Below, piece after piece: positions 1 through 11,920 of a stretch of 64,000 nt of DNA. Each line of letters starts with the position of its first letter. Position 1 is the stretch's first letter. Below the pieces are notes generated by a model. That model saw only the letters and a list, made by a program, of their open reading frames with translations, had not been told where the DNA came from and did no database searches. Both the position numbers and the translations under genes were made by a program. This stretch comes from Rhizodiscina lignyota (taxonomy: Eukaryota), in assembly GCA_010015805.1 (NCBI GenBank), contig ML978139.1, positions 372,001 through 436,000 on the forward strand, in the 5' to 3' direction.

Positions 1-370
1 CTGTCGCAGTCCCAAAACCGTCGTCGTCGCCAGAACCAGGTGATGAGCTCACGACATGCGGCTTCGCGCTACAGTACAGCACCTGCACAGTCGTCGTACC
101 ATCCTGCTCAAGGCAGCTTTTCATGTAACTATACGCATCGTCGTCCGTTCCGATCGCCTCATCGAACTCCGCATTTAGGCTAGACGGGAGATCGCACCAG
201 GAGTAGCATGGGTTCTCGGAGAAGACGTGCGGCTTCTCGGGCGCGCAACAGGTCGCAAAGCGAGTGTAGTTTGTTGCAGTCGAGCAGGAGTAGTAGTTCG
301 AGGACGAGATGGAAGGGATGCCGAGCGCGAGGAGAGTGTCCACGGACAGTGGACAAGAAGAGTTGCTCAT
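1..370 (-). CDS. 5' part of a small Cys-rich hypothetical protein running off the window edge (absent from the ORF track)
   Basis: Manual translation from the ATG at 370 is open to base 1: MSNSSCPLSVDTLLALGIPSISSSNYYSCSTATNYTRFATCCAPEKPHVFSENPCYSWCDLPSSLNAEF...MKSCLEQDG...VLYCSAK. An in-frame TAA lies just upstream. Confidence 0.6.
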   Translation of the reverse strand, partial: MSNSSCPLSVDTLLALGIPSISSSNYYSCSTATNYTRFATCCAPEKPHVFSENPCYSWCDLPSSLNAEFDEAIGTDDDAYSYMKSCLEQDGTTTVQVLYCSAKPHVVSSSPGSGDDDGFGTAT

Positions 371-403
371 GCCATGGACTTGGCCGGGTTATAGCTCTTT
401 CAA

Positions 404-451
404 ACGGGCGTAAGACGCCGAACGGGCGTAAGATTCCACACGGGCGTAAGA
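404..451. repeat. Three copies of ACGGGCGTAAGA at an exact 18-bp period
   Basis: Copies start at 404, 422 and 440. Confidence 0.85.
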
Positions 452-1392
452 TTTGGAGCGGCCGTCACGGTGCAAGTCAAGATGGGAGCAATCCGCACAT
501 TCGGGCACGATGGGATCATAGGGGAAGCAGCGCAGTGGCCGAAGAGCACGTGGGGCGCTAAATTAAGCACAAACTTAGCATCCTGACGAGCCGCGTGGAC
601 GCTAGCCTCTCTGCGGTTAGGAGAGTGCGGCCACACGAAGGGGCCTCGGCATCCCGTATTGGTTTATACCACAACGTCTCGAGGTCGCAGCCAACTGCAA
701 TCTCGCTATCACCGGCCTCTTTGATCTGCTCGTATCGCTCTTTCAATTCTCCTCGATCACTGTGCTGACTAGGCTATCCGCTGCATATCTCACCGGGTGA
801 GTAACCGATGTGAAGCGGGCCTATTCGCCAGTTTGAGGCCAAACTCTGGGCCTTCGGCTAAGCCACGATGTGCGACGTCCGTCACATCCAGATATCTCCC
901 GATACAGTGCGCCTTGCGAAATGCCCGAACCGTGTGTATCAAACGCTGTGCAGGGGCTTAGAAATGTCACCGCGCCAAGGATCCTTTGTACGGCGCTCAT
1001 AGTTGCAACTACGGGCTGGGTGGGACGCCTCGTAGCCGCCAACCGGATGTGGTAGGAACGAGGACGTGGACATCAATCTCCGCCTCCATTGGCGATGATG
1101 CGAGCGAATGCTGTGCACGCCAGTAGGGCCATCTACGAAGAAGCGATCTTCGAGCATTTCATTTTGTTTCAGATCTATAGACTGTTATCAAAGTATATAT
1201 GTTGTTGCTGCTTCGCATATGGTGACAAAACCAATACCATCTCTCATCATCCAGAAGTCCGCTAGCCAGTGCATTTCCGACAACATCAAGTCAGCCCGGC
1301 ATTTCATCATTCCATATAAGATCTCAACGTTATAGACACCACACTACTGTCTTTTCTCCAGCTCAATCTCGGCGAAGAATCGCCTCTCCGCC

Positions 1393-2405
1393 ATGAGCAA
1401 CATCACCAACTCTTCGAGCTTCGTCTGCCCCGACAACGCCTCCGACATTTGCACAATAGGAACATGTCCGCTCGAGTGCGCGCAGGTTACCTATATTCCG
1501 ACACTAGCGGGCAATACGGTGTATGTCGCCATCTTCGGCCTCATCCTCATTGCGCAAATTGGTCTCGGTGCCTGGTACAGGACCTGGGGGTTCCTCGCTG
1601 GAATGGTCTTTGGTCTGATACTCGAGACTGTGGGATATGCGGGCCGCATTCTTATGCATAACAACCCGTTCGACTTTAACAATTTTCTGATGTAAGCCTC
1701 CATCTTCACCACTCTCCAACCAAATTATAGCTTGGGACGACAACTGACGTGGCCTACAGCTACCTCATCTGTTTGACCATCGGCCCTGCTTTCCTGAGTG
1801 CGAGTATCTACTTGTGCCTCTCGCGAATCATCATCGTCTACTCGCCCCGTCTATCCCGCCTACAGCCTCGAACCCTGTCACTAATGTTCATGTGCTTCGA
1901 CCTCGTCGCGCTCATCCTGCAAGCCGCTGGCGGCGCCATCGCTGCAAGTGCGGATGACGACCAAAACGAGTCTGACACGGGTCGAAACATCATGATTGCA
2001 GGTCTCGTGTGGCAAGTGGCATCGCTCGCGGTATTCATGCTGTTGTGGGCAGACTATCTCTGGCGTCTGCGGAAGTCGGGAGAAAGAGTGAAGAACGAAA
2101 AGCTGCGACACCTGAGAGTCGGATTCCGTCGATTCAAATATTTCCAATACGCGCTGTGGACGGCAACGATATTGATTTTCATTCGATCCGTCTACCGAGT
2201 TGTCGAACTACAGGGAGGGTTCGACGGAGCTGTCGCCAATGACGAAGTCGTCTTTATGATCTTCGAAGGGCCCATGATCATCTTGGCAACGTTTGTGTTG
2301 ACAGTCCTGCATCCGGGGTATGCTTTTGCTGGTAGTTGGCAAGATGCGGCTTGGTCCTTGACAGGCAAGAAGACGGAAGCCGATGCTGAGGGGATTATGT
2401 TGTGA
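1393..2405 (+). CDS. RTA1-like (lipid-translocating exporter family) multi-pass membrane protein, 2 exons
   Basis: Motifs CPLECAQVTYIP, GLILETVGYAGR, LTIGPAFLSASIY, LQAAGGAIA and IRSVYRVVELQGG. Intron 1692-1759 (GTAAGC..CTGAC..CAG) joins the two ORFs in frame. Confidence 0.92.
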
Positions 2406-2508
2406 GTATGTCTGAACTTAAAGGGATCAAGGAGCTCAGAGGTCGATAGGGTTTCGGACACTGCTTCGTCGAGGCTTTCCACTGTACAATAAGGTATTTA
2501 GACATAGA

Positions 2509-4266
2509 TCATAGATAGACATAGTCTTTCCATGTATGCCATTCGCTGCCCAAGCCCCACGGCTTCGAGCGGAATGTTACAAGTACTTTGTCCGGCGTCC
2601 TATCATTTGGTATGATTACATCGTGAATCCTCTTAAACTCCATCGGTGGATCCGTGACGGAATGAATTCGCAGGCTCTCATCCGGTACCAGCGCTTCGCC
2701 CTCAGGTTTGAGCTGTGCCCCAAATATGTCGACTCCATGTAGGCGAGAATCCTCGGTGGGCATCAGCTCATAGCTCTTCTTGCCCGATTCTTCCACCATG
2801 ATGACTTGCTGCGCTACCTTGGCTGCAATGTGTGCACTCCACATTCCTTCCCGGCGGGGTACTCTTCCCATGAGAGCGAGGGACTGACGACGAATAGAGG
2901 GATTGCGGCATTTGATAGTGGTGTAATATAACGGGGGGATCAATCCCATTTCGAATGAAAACTGTCTTGTTTCGGACCCATGGTTTTTCGACGCAGGGTC
3001 GGACTGATCTATCAGGATTCCGGCGAGCCTGACGATCTCCTTGAAGTCCGGGAAATGAAGGTCGAGTGCGGTCTCTTCCACCGAGAGACACACGGACAGC
3101 CAAATGAATATGGTACGCCAGTGAATGCGCAGAAGATTGGCTCCGGGTTCGTCAACTTCGTTGCCGGCTTTAGCCTCTTTGAATATGTATTGCTCTAAAC
3201 AAAGAAACCAATGCTTCATCATTCGTTCGAGTTTCACCCGTTCGATAATATCGTCGAAAGAAACTGCGCCAGTATCCGCCTTTGATGCGGAAATTCGGAT
3301 GAAACGAACGACGGTATTCGTGATCTCATAAAGGCGCTTGCGTGCGTCATCCATACATGTGTAGGCCGGGATACTGATCTCTAGCGGCTTCAGCGCATGG
3401 AACGGAATGACGCGACCAAAAAGGAGACAAAGCAGGTTCAGGCGTTGAAATACTGGTACAATATGTCGTTCAATGTCCTCATGGTCTGATGAAAGAGGCC
3501 CATTCGAATTGTCCCCGTCGACACGATACTGAGCCCTAACAGCGTTTAGGATGTTGAACCCATTTGCCATGTGCATCATTGCATTCTCATTGGACCCTTT
3601 TAAGAATTCCATACAGGTGAATAGCAAGCAGGCTACCAGTGGCACGAGATTGGAGTTTGGATCCTTTGCTATGCGAGAAGAAAGGCTCCGCATTGCCTCG
3701 TTAGACTCCTTCAGCGCCAGACGACTCTGCTGAGCTGTATTCGTGAGAGATGGGAACGCAGTAGACTCCATACTTCTGTGGTACTCGGAGATTGCAGCCA
3801 CTGCATGCTGAATTGATGGCTCCGACAGCGACATCTGAGGGATCAGCTTTTTCCAGAACTCCGAGTCGAAGTAGCCCGCCAGTTTCGGCGCCACGAACCG
3901 GTGGTATTCGTCAATCTCGTTGTAGCCCTGCAGAGGGAGAAGCTTTCGCGGGACAGCAAATGGAGCCACATAGACCGTCACAATATTTTTCATTGCTTGC
4001 CTTGTGGGCCTTGGGCCCTCATAGCCGTCGCACTTTCGTCCTGTCGTGGAGCATCGGCGGCATGCAGGCTTCTCTTCGTCACATTTGACATGTCGAATTC
4101 TACAAGACGAGTTAGTCGAACGAGTCGATGAGGAAGCAGATCCTCCACGCTCTGACAAGGGAGAACAAACTTCCGTTAGAATGAATTATCAGGATTTGAC
4201 ATACTTGCACGTGATGCAGCCAGTTCGCACCTTACTGGCACTTGTTCTTGATTTTTTGGCCTCCAT
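2509..4266 (-). CDS. Zn(II)2Cys6 transcription factor with a C-terminal Fungal_trans_2/DUF3468-type domain, 2 exons
   Basis: Exon 1 MEAKKSRTSASKVRTGCITCK plus intron 4204-4100 reconstitutes CITCKIRHVKCDEEKPACRRCSTTGRKC. C-terminal FSFEMGLIPPLYYTTIKCRNPSIRRQ...RREGMW is typical of this class. Confidence 0.92.
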
Positions 4267-5558
4267 GCCTTCTAGACATATGCACTGCGCAACGCTTATC
4301 GTGCTCAGGAGGCGGCTCGCATGTCTAATAGAGGTAGTCTCTCTGCGAAGGAGGGTACCTCTGCCAGTCGAGTGCTAGTATTGCTTTGAGGCGGTAAAGT
4401 TGACTGACGGTCGTTTTGATGGACGGACTGGCGGACTGACTTTCGCCCTTCCATACGTAAGCAGAGAGGGTATCGTAGAACAATGCTAAAACCATATACT
4501 CTACTTTCTTGAAACAAGACGCCACCTCGTAAACGGACCATTCCGTGCCGAAGGCTCGAGTTAGGCCCATCAGAGAGTATATCATCCGTATGGAGTACAG
4601 AGCGTATAGAGAGAAAACAGCGGAAAAATCCAAGAGCTTTAATCCGGCGTGTAGTCGGACTGAAATTGGACTAACCGCATACAGGATAGCGATTTCCGGA
4701 ATGGGAAAGTGCTGGTGATTCAGGGGGTCGGCGTTTATTGAAACTTCCTCCTCTGCTTTATACTATGGCCTCTTCATATCAACTATCATTTGCAATAATA
4801 TGGTCATTCATCATGATTATCGCGCCAACCTAGAAAAAGCCCGTAGCTTACTGCCACGCTACGTGATTGACGCGAATACGGTGGTGGCTTGGAGGCTAGA
4901 GTATGTACTCCGTATGCAAAGCTATCTTTCCGTTCAGCCTCGCTCTTCTGCCCAGCTTCACAACCTCATCCTCTCTTCTTGACTCAATATAACCGCGAGT
5001 TCATAATTCTGATATATACATCTTCGTCTTTCTATTAGCAATGATGTCTAGTACTTGGTGCAGTCAGATACTATATCTCTTGGCCTTTTATTGCGATATA
5101 GCGACACTCTATGCGAATCCATGACTTCTACATATCCACGACCGGAGCAGTTAGGCATCAGCAGACACAGAACATGGACCAAATATTTGGCCATGTCGAA
5201 CCTTTAAAGTGATCACTACTTTTGTTTGCTACCGCAGAGGATTCGACAAATTGCGAGCAAGTGGGACGTTCGAGTACCCTTTCACCAGCAACGTTTGGAT
5301 ACGTCCAACAAGCTGCATTGGGCGAAAACAAACAATGTATATGCTCCACCGTATTTCTCCGCTATTACAGGCTGCTCGTGGCTGACCGCATCGTCAAATA
5401 GCTGAGTTGAACTGCCTTTTGGTCGATGCCCCGCGGGTGTCTTGCATTTTAATTTGGCTGGATGATCAAGTACCCCTGAATATTGGAAGGCTGAATGCTA
5501 TGCCACTTTCCAATATGCATCGCTTCGGCCCAAGCCATGCAATATCAATGTTCATGCT

Positions 5559-7448
5559 TTAGAGTACAAATATTTCAAAAGCTACAATGCCAAGTACGCC
5601 AATGGTAGCCCAAAAATGTACAGCAAATTGAGCACCAGAGCCACCGGTGAAGAGTGCGGGAGTTGAATCTGTTTTAGTCCCGTCCGAAGATCCGCTCGTC
5701 GCTGTGCTAGTACCACCGCCGAGACCTGAGATGATATATCCTCCAACTCCGGACGATCCAGATGCTCCATCAGTGGTGACAGACTCAAGCGGTAGTGTTT
5801 CGCTAGAAAACAGCACAACAACGGGCTGTCCCGCAGCATTCGCAGTAGGAGTGACGATTTCGCTAATAGTTCCGCTCACGAAAGTGAATGGCTTCGTTGC
5901 AGCGGCGCTGCCTGTCGGCGCATTAGGAACTTCTGACAGTGGAATCGTGGTGGCAGGAACAGGGAGCACAACAACTTGTTCACCGGCGCTGTTTGTCGTC
6001 ACTTGAAGAGCTGCAGTTGAGGAGAGTACAATAACTGGGCTGCCGTTGCTGTCGGTTGTGGGTGTCACGACAGTTGTTATGCTCCCGCCTGTGAAAGTGA
6101 ATGGTGTTGTTGGAGAAACCTCGGAAGCTCCTGCGCCACCCTGGGCACTGCCACCGCTATTGATTGAAGTGAGAGGTATTGTCATTGCTATGTTTCCGGT
6201 AGCTACAGTCTCTCCGGCATCGTTGGTTGTTATTAGGTAGGTAGGCGAGTTGCTGACTTCGTTCGAGCCATTATTTGACGAGGCTTCCTTTGAGGTTGAA
6301 GCGCTGTTAGAGCCAGAGTTGGAGCCAGAATTTTCATTTAAAGAGCTTCCACTACTTGCAGTCCCACTGTTGACGGACGCAGCGTCATTGCTTGACGAGC
6401 CGCCATTGATGGAAGGGCTACCATTGTTGGAAGATTCACCATTGCTGGGAGAACCGCTGCTGCTACCAGACGGCGAAGCTGAGGTATGGGATGAGCCTCC
6501 AGCGGCTGACGTCTTACTTACCCCAGCTCCAAGAAACGACGCGATCCCGCCACCAACATTCGCACCGGTAGAGGTCTGTTTTGGTGACGGAGAAGTTGGA
6601 GTCCCTCCGGCTGTTGCAGAAGATTGAGAGTGTTCTGCTGCGGGTGATGCGGAGTGCGTGGGACCGGTGTCTTCGTGTGAGGTCGATGTCACCGTCAGAT
6701 ATGCCACTGTCCCCAGAGCGGTGGCCGCACATGCTGCGAGAAAGTTTGAGCAGAATTCATATGGGAAGAAACTTGGGTACACAAAGTCATATTGCTTCAC
6801 ACTCCAAGGACTATCACAGACGACATCGTACTCGTGGGTACCATCGGTGTCGATAAACTCCCACAGATAGAAGGATTGGGTTTGATATGCCGGTGCCGTG
6901 TAATTCTCGTCCTTGAAGGTTCTGGTCGAGGTAGGGAACTCGGGAGGAATAAGCGATGGGTATCGTGAAAATGTGCCATTCGGTGGAGCCGTGGAGCATG
7001 AAAGGTGAGAGCTGTTCTGATATGAAAGCCCACTAACGATAGGTGCGATTGGTATTGTTCCTTGCCATGAGGCGCCTTCCTGATACGAAATATATCCTGT
7101 CGGCCAGGCCAGAACCGTAGTGATTGTCTTCGAGTCCCAGGTGATAGTCTTGGTGTAAACGATTGTTCCAGCCGAGTTGGTTGGGGGCAATGTTGCGTTG
7201 GCCGGCAGGTTGAATATCGTTGTCGTCCTTGTTGTGTTTGTTCGATTGTTCTGAATCACCAGCACCGTCGCAGCCTCAATGGTTGCGGTCGGCGAATGCG
7301 ATGTCCACCAGCCGCCTTGATAGGTATCGAAGGATACGCTGCAGTTTGCACAAGGGTTCTTCGCAGCTGCTGAAGGTGCGCCACCTTGCGCATCAACCGC
7401 CAAACCAAAGCATATTAGACCGATTAACGAGCGAATTGGCGCCCACAT
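5559..7448 (-). CDS. Secreted Ser/Thr/Gly-rich, probably GPI-anchored cell-surface protein
   Basis: Signal peptide MWAPIRSLIGLICFGLAVDAQ, a Cys/aromatic N-terminal domain, a low-complexity S/G/N stalk, two internal repeats and a hydrophobic C-terminus. Confidence 0.8.
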   Translation of the reverse strand: MWAPIRSLIGLICFGLAVDAQGGAPSAAAKNPCANCSVSFDTYQGGWWTSHSPTATIEAATVLVIQNNRTNTTRTTTIFNLPANATLPPTNSAGTIVYTKTITWDSKTITTVLAWPTGYISYQEGASWQGTIPIAPIVSGLSYQNSSHLSCSTAPPNGTFSRYPSLIPPEFPTSTRTFKDENYTAPAYQTQSFYLWEFIDTDGTHEYDVVCDSPWSVKQYDFVYPSFFPYEFCSNFLAACAATALGTVAYLTVTSTSHEDTGPTHSASPAAEHSQSSATAGGTPTSPSPKQTSTGANVGGGIASFLGAGVSKTSAAGGSSHTSASPSGSSSGSPSNGESSNNGSPSINGGSSSNDAASVNSGTASSGSSLNENSGSNSGSNSASTSKEASSNNGSNEVSNSPTYLITTNDAGETVATGNIAMTIPLTSINSGGSAQGGAGASEVSPTTPFTFTGGSITTVVTPTTDSNGSPVIVLSSTAALQVTTNSAGEQVVVLPVPATTIPLSEVPNAPTGSAAATKPFTFVSGTISEIVTPTANAAGQPVVVLFSSETLPLESVTTDGASGSSGVGGYIISGLGGGTSTATSGSSDGTKTDSTPALFTGGSGAQFAVHFWATIGVLGIVAFEIFVL

Positions 7449-8865
7449 GCTGCCGGAACTCTCTGAACGAAGGAGAGGCAAAGAAATAGTATCGAGGATG
7501 GACGGCTCACATTCCGACGTTGGAGTTAAGCCACAGGCTGCGGGAAAGTAGGGCCTTCAAAACGGAGAATATGAAGGAAACTGGAGAGGGATGGTGAAAG
7601 CCTATAAACATTTGCTAAACAACATGGTTAAGCCTAGTCACCGGCGGTCATGACGGACTGTAATTTGTCTATGGCTAAAAGCTTGCAGGGCGGACTCTAT
7701 CGAAGGAAGACGCTGCGCAGAATGCGCAGCACTCTCCCGCAACGCTGGGCCAATAAATCTGTCCCACCATGCCGTGTTTCAGGTTCCAGTCCATTTTTAA
7801 GGCAAGGCCTTGCTCCAGTCTCTCAGCCTCGGAGAGTTTTGGTCCTGGTAGCGCAGGATTGCAGGTAGGTTGTTGCACAGCCTCGCTTCAGGTCGCGTGC
7901 CAGGAACGCTCTCTATATTCAAGCGGCAAAGAGCGAAATAACCGAGAGGAAAAGTGAGATTCGGAATACTTAGCAGTAGAACGGAGTGTGGTGAGGAGAA
8001 GAAAGTCTTACTGAGTTGAAGGAGAGATGTCTCGGCACGGTCCCACAGCGCGTCTCACCCGAGCCACGGCGGATTCGGAACGCGTCGATCGGCCCTTTTT
8101 GACCTTTTTGACCTTTTTGGCAACCTCAGCCCCTTTTATGAGGAGGGCAGGGCACCAAGAACCTCCGCGCTTGTGATGTTTCGCCAAAAAACAGCAGCTG
8201 GTTATGGTGCAAGATTTTGACCGGTCAGATTTGAAATGTCCGATGCGCTCGGATGAGCACTCGAAGCGCAATCCCTGTTGCCTCCACCGTCTGTCCAACC
8301 GGCCTGTCTTGGCTGTTGACAGAAATATACGGCTGCTGTAGATAAAGCTGTTCTTCACGGTTGGCAGGTGACCAATGTAATTCAAGTCAGAAGCTCGCGT
8401 GTTCTCTGATATGAACATATGAGTAGACCTTTCTGCCATTATAACACCAGCCACAGTCTGCCCGTGTCTGCCGTTCTCCTTTCAGTCCAGACTCAAGAGA
8501 TGAAGTGGGTTATGAGAGGCGACAGTCCATTCACCGACCTGAATTTACGCTATATATTCTACAAAACGATCCACCCATGTCGGCTAATTGCGGTCTTTCT
8601 AGTTGATAGGACAATCCCTACATGTCCATTAATATGCGGGGTATAAACGTTTTTTTCATGTCCATCTTGTTAATTCATCGAAGCGTGTGGTCTTGGTATT
8701 ACGCAGAACGCAACCAGCAGCTCGCTCCCCTGATTGCGAAGAAAACAAGAAAGAGACTCCACCCAATGCCAGTTCGGTCTCCTGTCCGTAAAAAAAAATT
8801 ATGTCCAGCGCGCTTCCCCCAAAAAGTATATTACAAAGAAAAGCCGCGTCCAGAACACGGCATCG

Positions 8866-11800
8866 TTAGGGTCTAATCGCTTCGATTGGTTTAATCAAGC
8901 CGGCAATGTTATTCCACTTGGACTTGAGGCCCTCGTGATCGGAGCTCAACTGTATCGAACAAAGGTCAGTCATGACGCCTGCAGCCGACAATCTAAGGAC
9001 AAGGAAACTCACCTGTGCATGCTCCATCTTCAATCCAACAAGCACCTTCTCCATCTCACCTAGCTCCTCCTCAAGCCTCCTGTTCTCCCCAAAAATCTCG
9101 ACATTCCTCTCCATCACGCTTTCCATCTCATTCCTCATCTTCGCCTCCACCTCTGCCGGCTGGTTCTCCACTACCTTCCTTAGCTCTTCGACTTGGCCCT
9201 TCAGCCCTTCATTCTCGTCCTTCAGCGTTTGATTTTCGACTTTCGTGCGCACAAGGTCAGTCGCCATTTCTACGTGCTCGGTATCCGACTTCTCTGCCGC
9301 CTCTTCCAGCCTGCGCACTTTCAAGCTAAGCGCGGTGACGTTGGATCTCAACGACTCGAGCTCCGCCTCTCGCTCCTTCTCTATTCGCGTCTGCTCCGTC
9401 CACTCTGTCTCGTATGCTCGTAGCATACCCGGTTCGATATCGATTGCTACAGCGTCGCAAACAAGTTCATCGGCTTTGTATACCTCCTTATCCGCACCAC
9501 CTGCAGTCCCGAAGAATCCCGACTCCTTGATGGACGACGCGGAAGGCGACTTGTCGATATATACGTCGAACAGCTTCTCCTTCAGGAATGTCGTCAAGGC
9601 ACTCATGTCGCGCATGTCGATCAGAGCCTCTCTATTCTTGATTACAAGGGACGTGCCGAATCGGATCATCGCGCTCTCTAGACCCTCTGAGAGCACGAAA
9701 TCGTATACTCTGAGGACTAGTTGCAATGGGAAGCGGTACGCGAAGAGAGTGAGGAACCACTGCGTAGCATATAGCCGAGGCTCGACACCTCGTCGATGGA
9801 GGTGGTAGTAGAGCTGCGGGTCAAGGTCCTCGAGTGCGCGGGCGAATTGATAGAGCAAAAGGTGTAGGCCGGGCATCTCAGCTGTGAAAAGATTGCGAAG
9901 GCGGTATTTGGGATGTGTCATCAGCGTCATCATTAAAGAGAAGGCTTCGTCCTCGGTCATCTGTAGAAAGTTAGTTGGACGCTTCGCGCTAAGAGAAAGT
10001 TTGAGCCTTACGTTGAAAAGAAGAGGCATTGCAATGAAATTCATGCCTTGTGCATATCCAACCTGTTCGTCGAGCAATGCATATGCTTTGCACACACCAA
10101 ACAGTCCATCTTGCAATCCTGCCGCCATGACATATTTTGAATAACTAGTCCGCGCACCGAGATCTCTCCGTATCATCTTTTCGAGCTTCTGAATCGAAGC
10201 AGTATCAATTGCCGGCCTATTCCGCGCGTCATGGATCATTCTTGCGACTAAGTCTGTCTCTGGGCTAGAAGCTCTGCCGTTGGTTTGGACCGCCGACTCG
10301 GATGCCGAATACGGTAACCAAGAGCCATGCACCTCTGATCCAACTGCAGGTGTTGAATGCGCCGAGTGGATACTCGATGCGCTGCTCTTGATATGCTCCA
10401 TCTCTTTATTCGTACCGTTCGTCTCAGCACCACGAGCTACAAGCTCTTTGTAAAGATTCTGCAGGTCCTCGTTACTGCTATCCGCAATGACTTGCCAAAC
10501 CACTCCTCTTATTGCCTGCGGTATGCCCGAAGCAATTGCTTCCTTGAGTTCAGCTTCACTTGTCCGTGCCACGGCTGCAGGTCCCTCATACACGACGTTC
10601 TGCCACAAGTCCCAATTGACTGGAGCATCACTCTCCGAAGATTGAAGTCCTGCCGCGGTGCCTGGAGGAAGATTCGGATTGATAGTCTGCTGTCGCGCGA
10701 TTCCCGGACTCTTGACCTCTGGTGATCTGACCTCTGGTTTCTCGTCATTTGCGCTCACGGGACTTCCAACTCCGAGACCGATGGTTGCAGAGCGACCAAC
10801 AAGACCCGCCAGAGCTCCACCATTTGCGGCATCTTCGTCTTCATCTTCACCAACCGTCGTGGTCGTCTCTTCCTGCAACCGAAGCAGCTTGAATCGAGCC
10901 TTTAATGATACCCTGGCTTCATCTCCATTTTGAACGTGCCCCGTCGAATTACTATTCAGCGTGATGCTGCTTGCCTTGGTATCGCTTCTCTCGTGAGAAG
11001 GTGTTCGAGGTGGCAGAGATGGTGCAGCTTTCTTGTCGTTTGACGTATTTCTTGAGAGCCATGAGAATGGACTTGCGAGCTTCCGTGGAGGAGGTTGAGC
11101 TTTTTCTGGAGGCGGAGGAGGAGGCGGAACTTCTTTCTTTGGGGACGTCACTCGTTTCGGTGGAGCAGATGGAGGAGGTGGGAATGAGTTGTGGAAGGTC
11201 CCAGAGAAGCCTTGCATAGATGAGCCTGAATTTCGCGGTCCAGAGTCTCGAGGCGGTAGTTTTGGTGCTGATCCAGGTGATTGAACAGATGTAAGCGTTG
11301 ATGAACGGGAATGTGAAGGAAGCTGCTCTCGTGGAGGTTCTGTCGTCCATTGCTGGCGTTAGTTCATTGATTGATTACCAAATGTAAAGCACGGCCGTGC
11401 CAGAAAGCAGACAGAACGCACCTTCCGCCAGATTGACTTCGTCCATGTCTCCATCGCTTGCTGACTTGACACTGGGGGCTGTCCCTTCCACTGCATCATG
11501 CGCCCCATCGGTATGTCCCTCTGCCTTCTCAGAGGTACCATTGACTTTCGGCTTTCCCCCTAACGCATGCTCATCATCCTCATTCTCAGCTTCAGGGACA
11601 ACAGGTGTCCCAGTCGATGATCGCTGCTTATCTAGTTCCTGCACGCTCGATTGCGACGGTCGCCTGCCAGTCAGTGATCTGACTGAATGCGAGGAGGATG
11701 ATCGCACTCGGTCTCGTGGCGGAGGTCTGGGGGTAGTGTCTGGAGCGTCTTCGAAGGTCTCCTCCTACAAAGGCTGATGTTAGTTTGTTGCTGCTATAAA

Positions 11801-11920
11801 CTAGGCACCAAGCATCCAAGTGTGACCACGTGGGGTCCTGCTTCAGCATTGGCACAAGAACTTTAAAGGGCATACAACCTCTTGGTCAGACTTCTCCTCG
11901 TTTGGCGTGTGGTTCTCCAT
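8866..11920 (-). CDS. Rab GTPase-activating protein (TBC domain, Gyp5-like) with C-terminal coiled coil, 5 exons
   Basis: TBC motifs GIPQAIRGVVWQ, IRRDLGART, VGYAQGMNFIA and YATQWFLTLFAY. Inferred introns ~11875-11765, 11421-11340, 10011-9961 and 9013-8951; start MENHTPNEEKSDQEV. Confidence 0.9.

Noticed and set aside
404..451. Repeat-spacer pattern superficially like a CRISPR array
   Set aside because: 12-bp unit with 6-bp spacers, eukaryotic context and no cas genes.
8095..8120. Short TTTTTGACC tandem repeat
   Set aside because: Only 2-3 copies in intergenic DNA; ordinary slippage.
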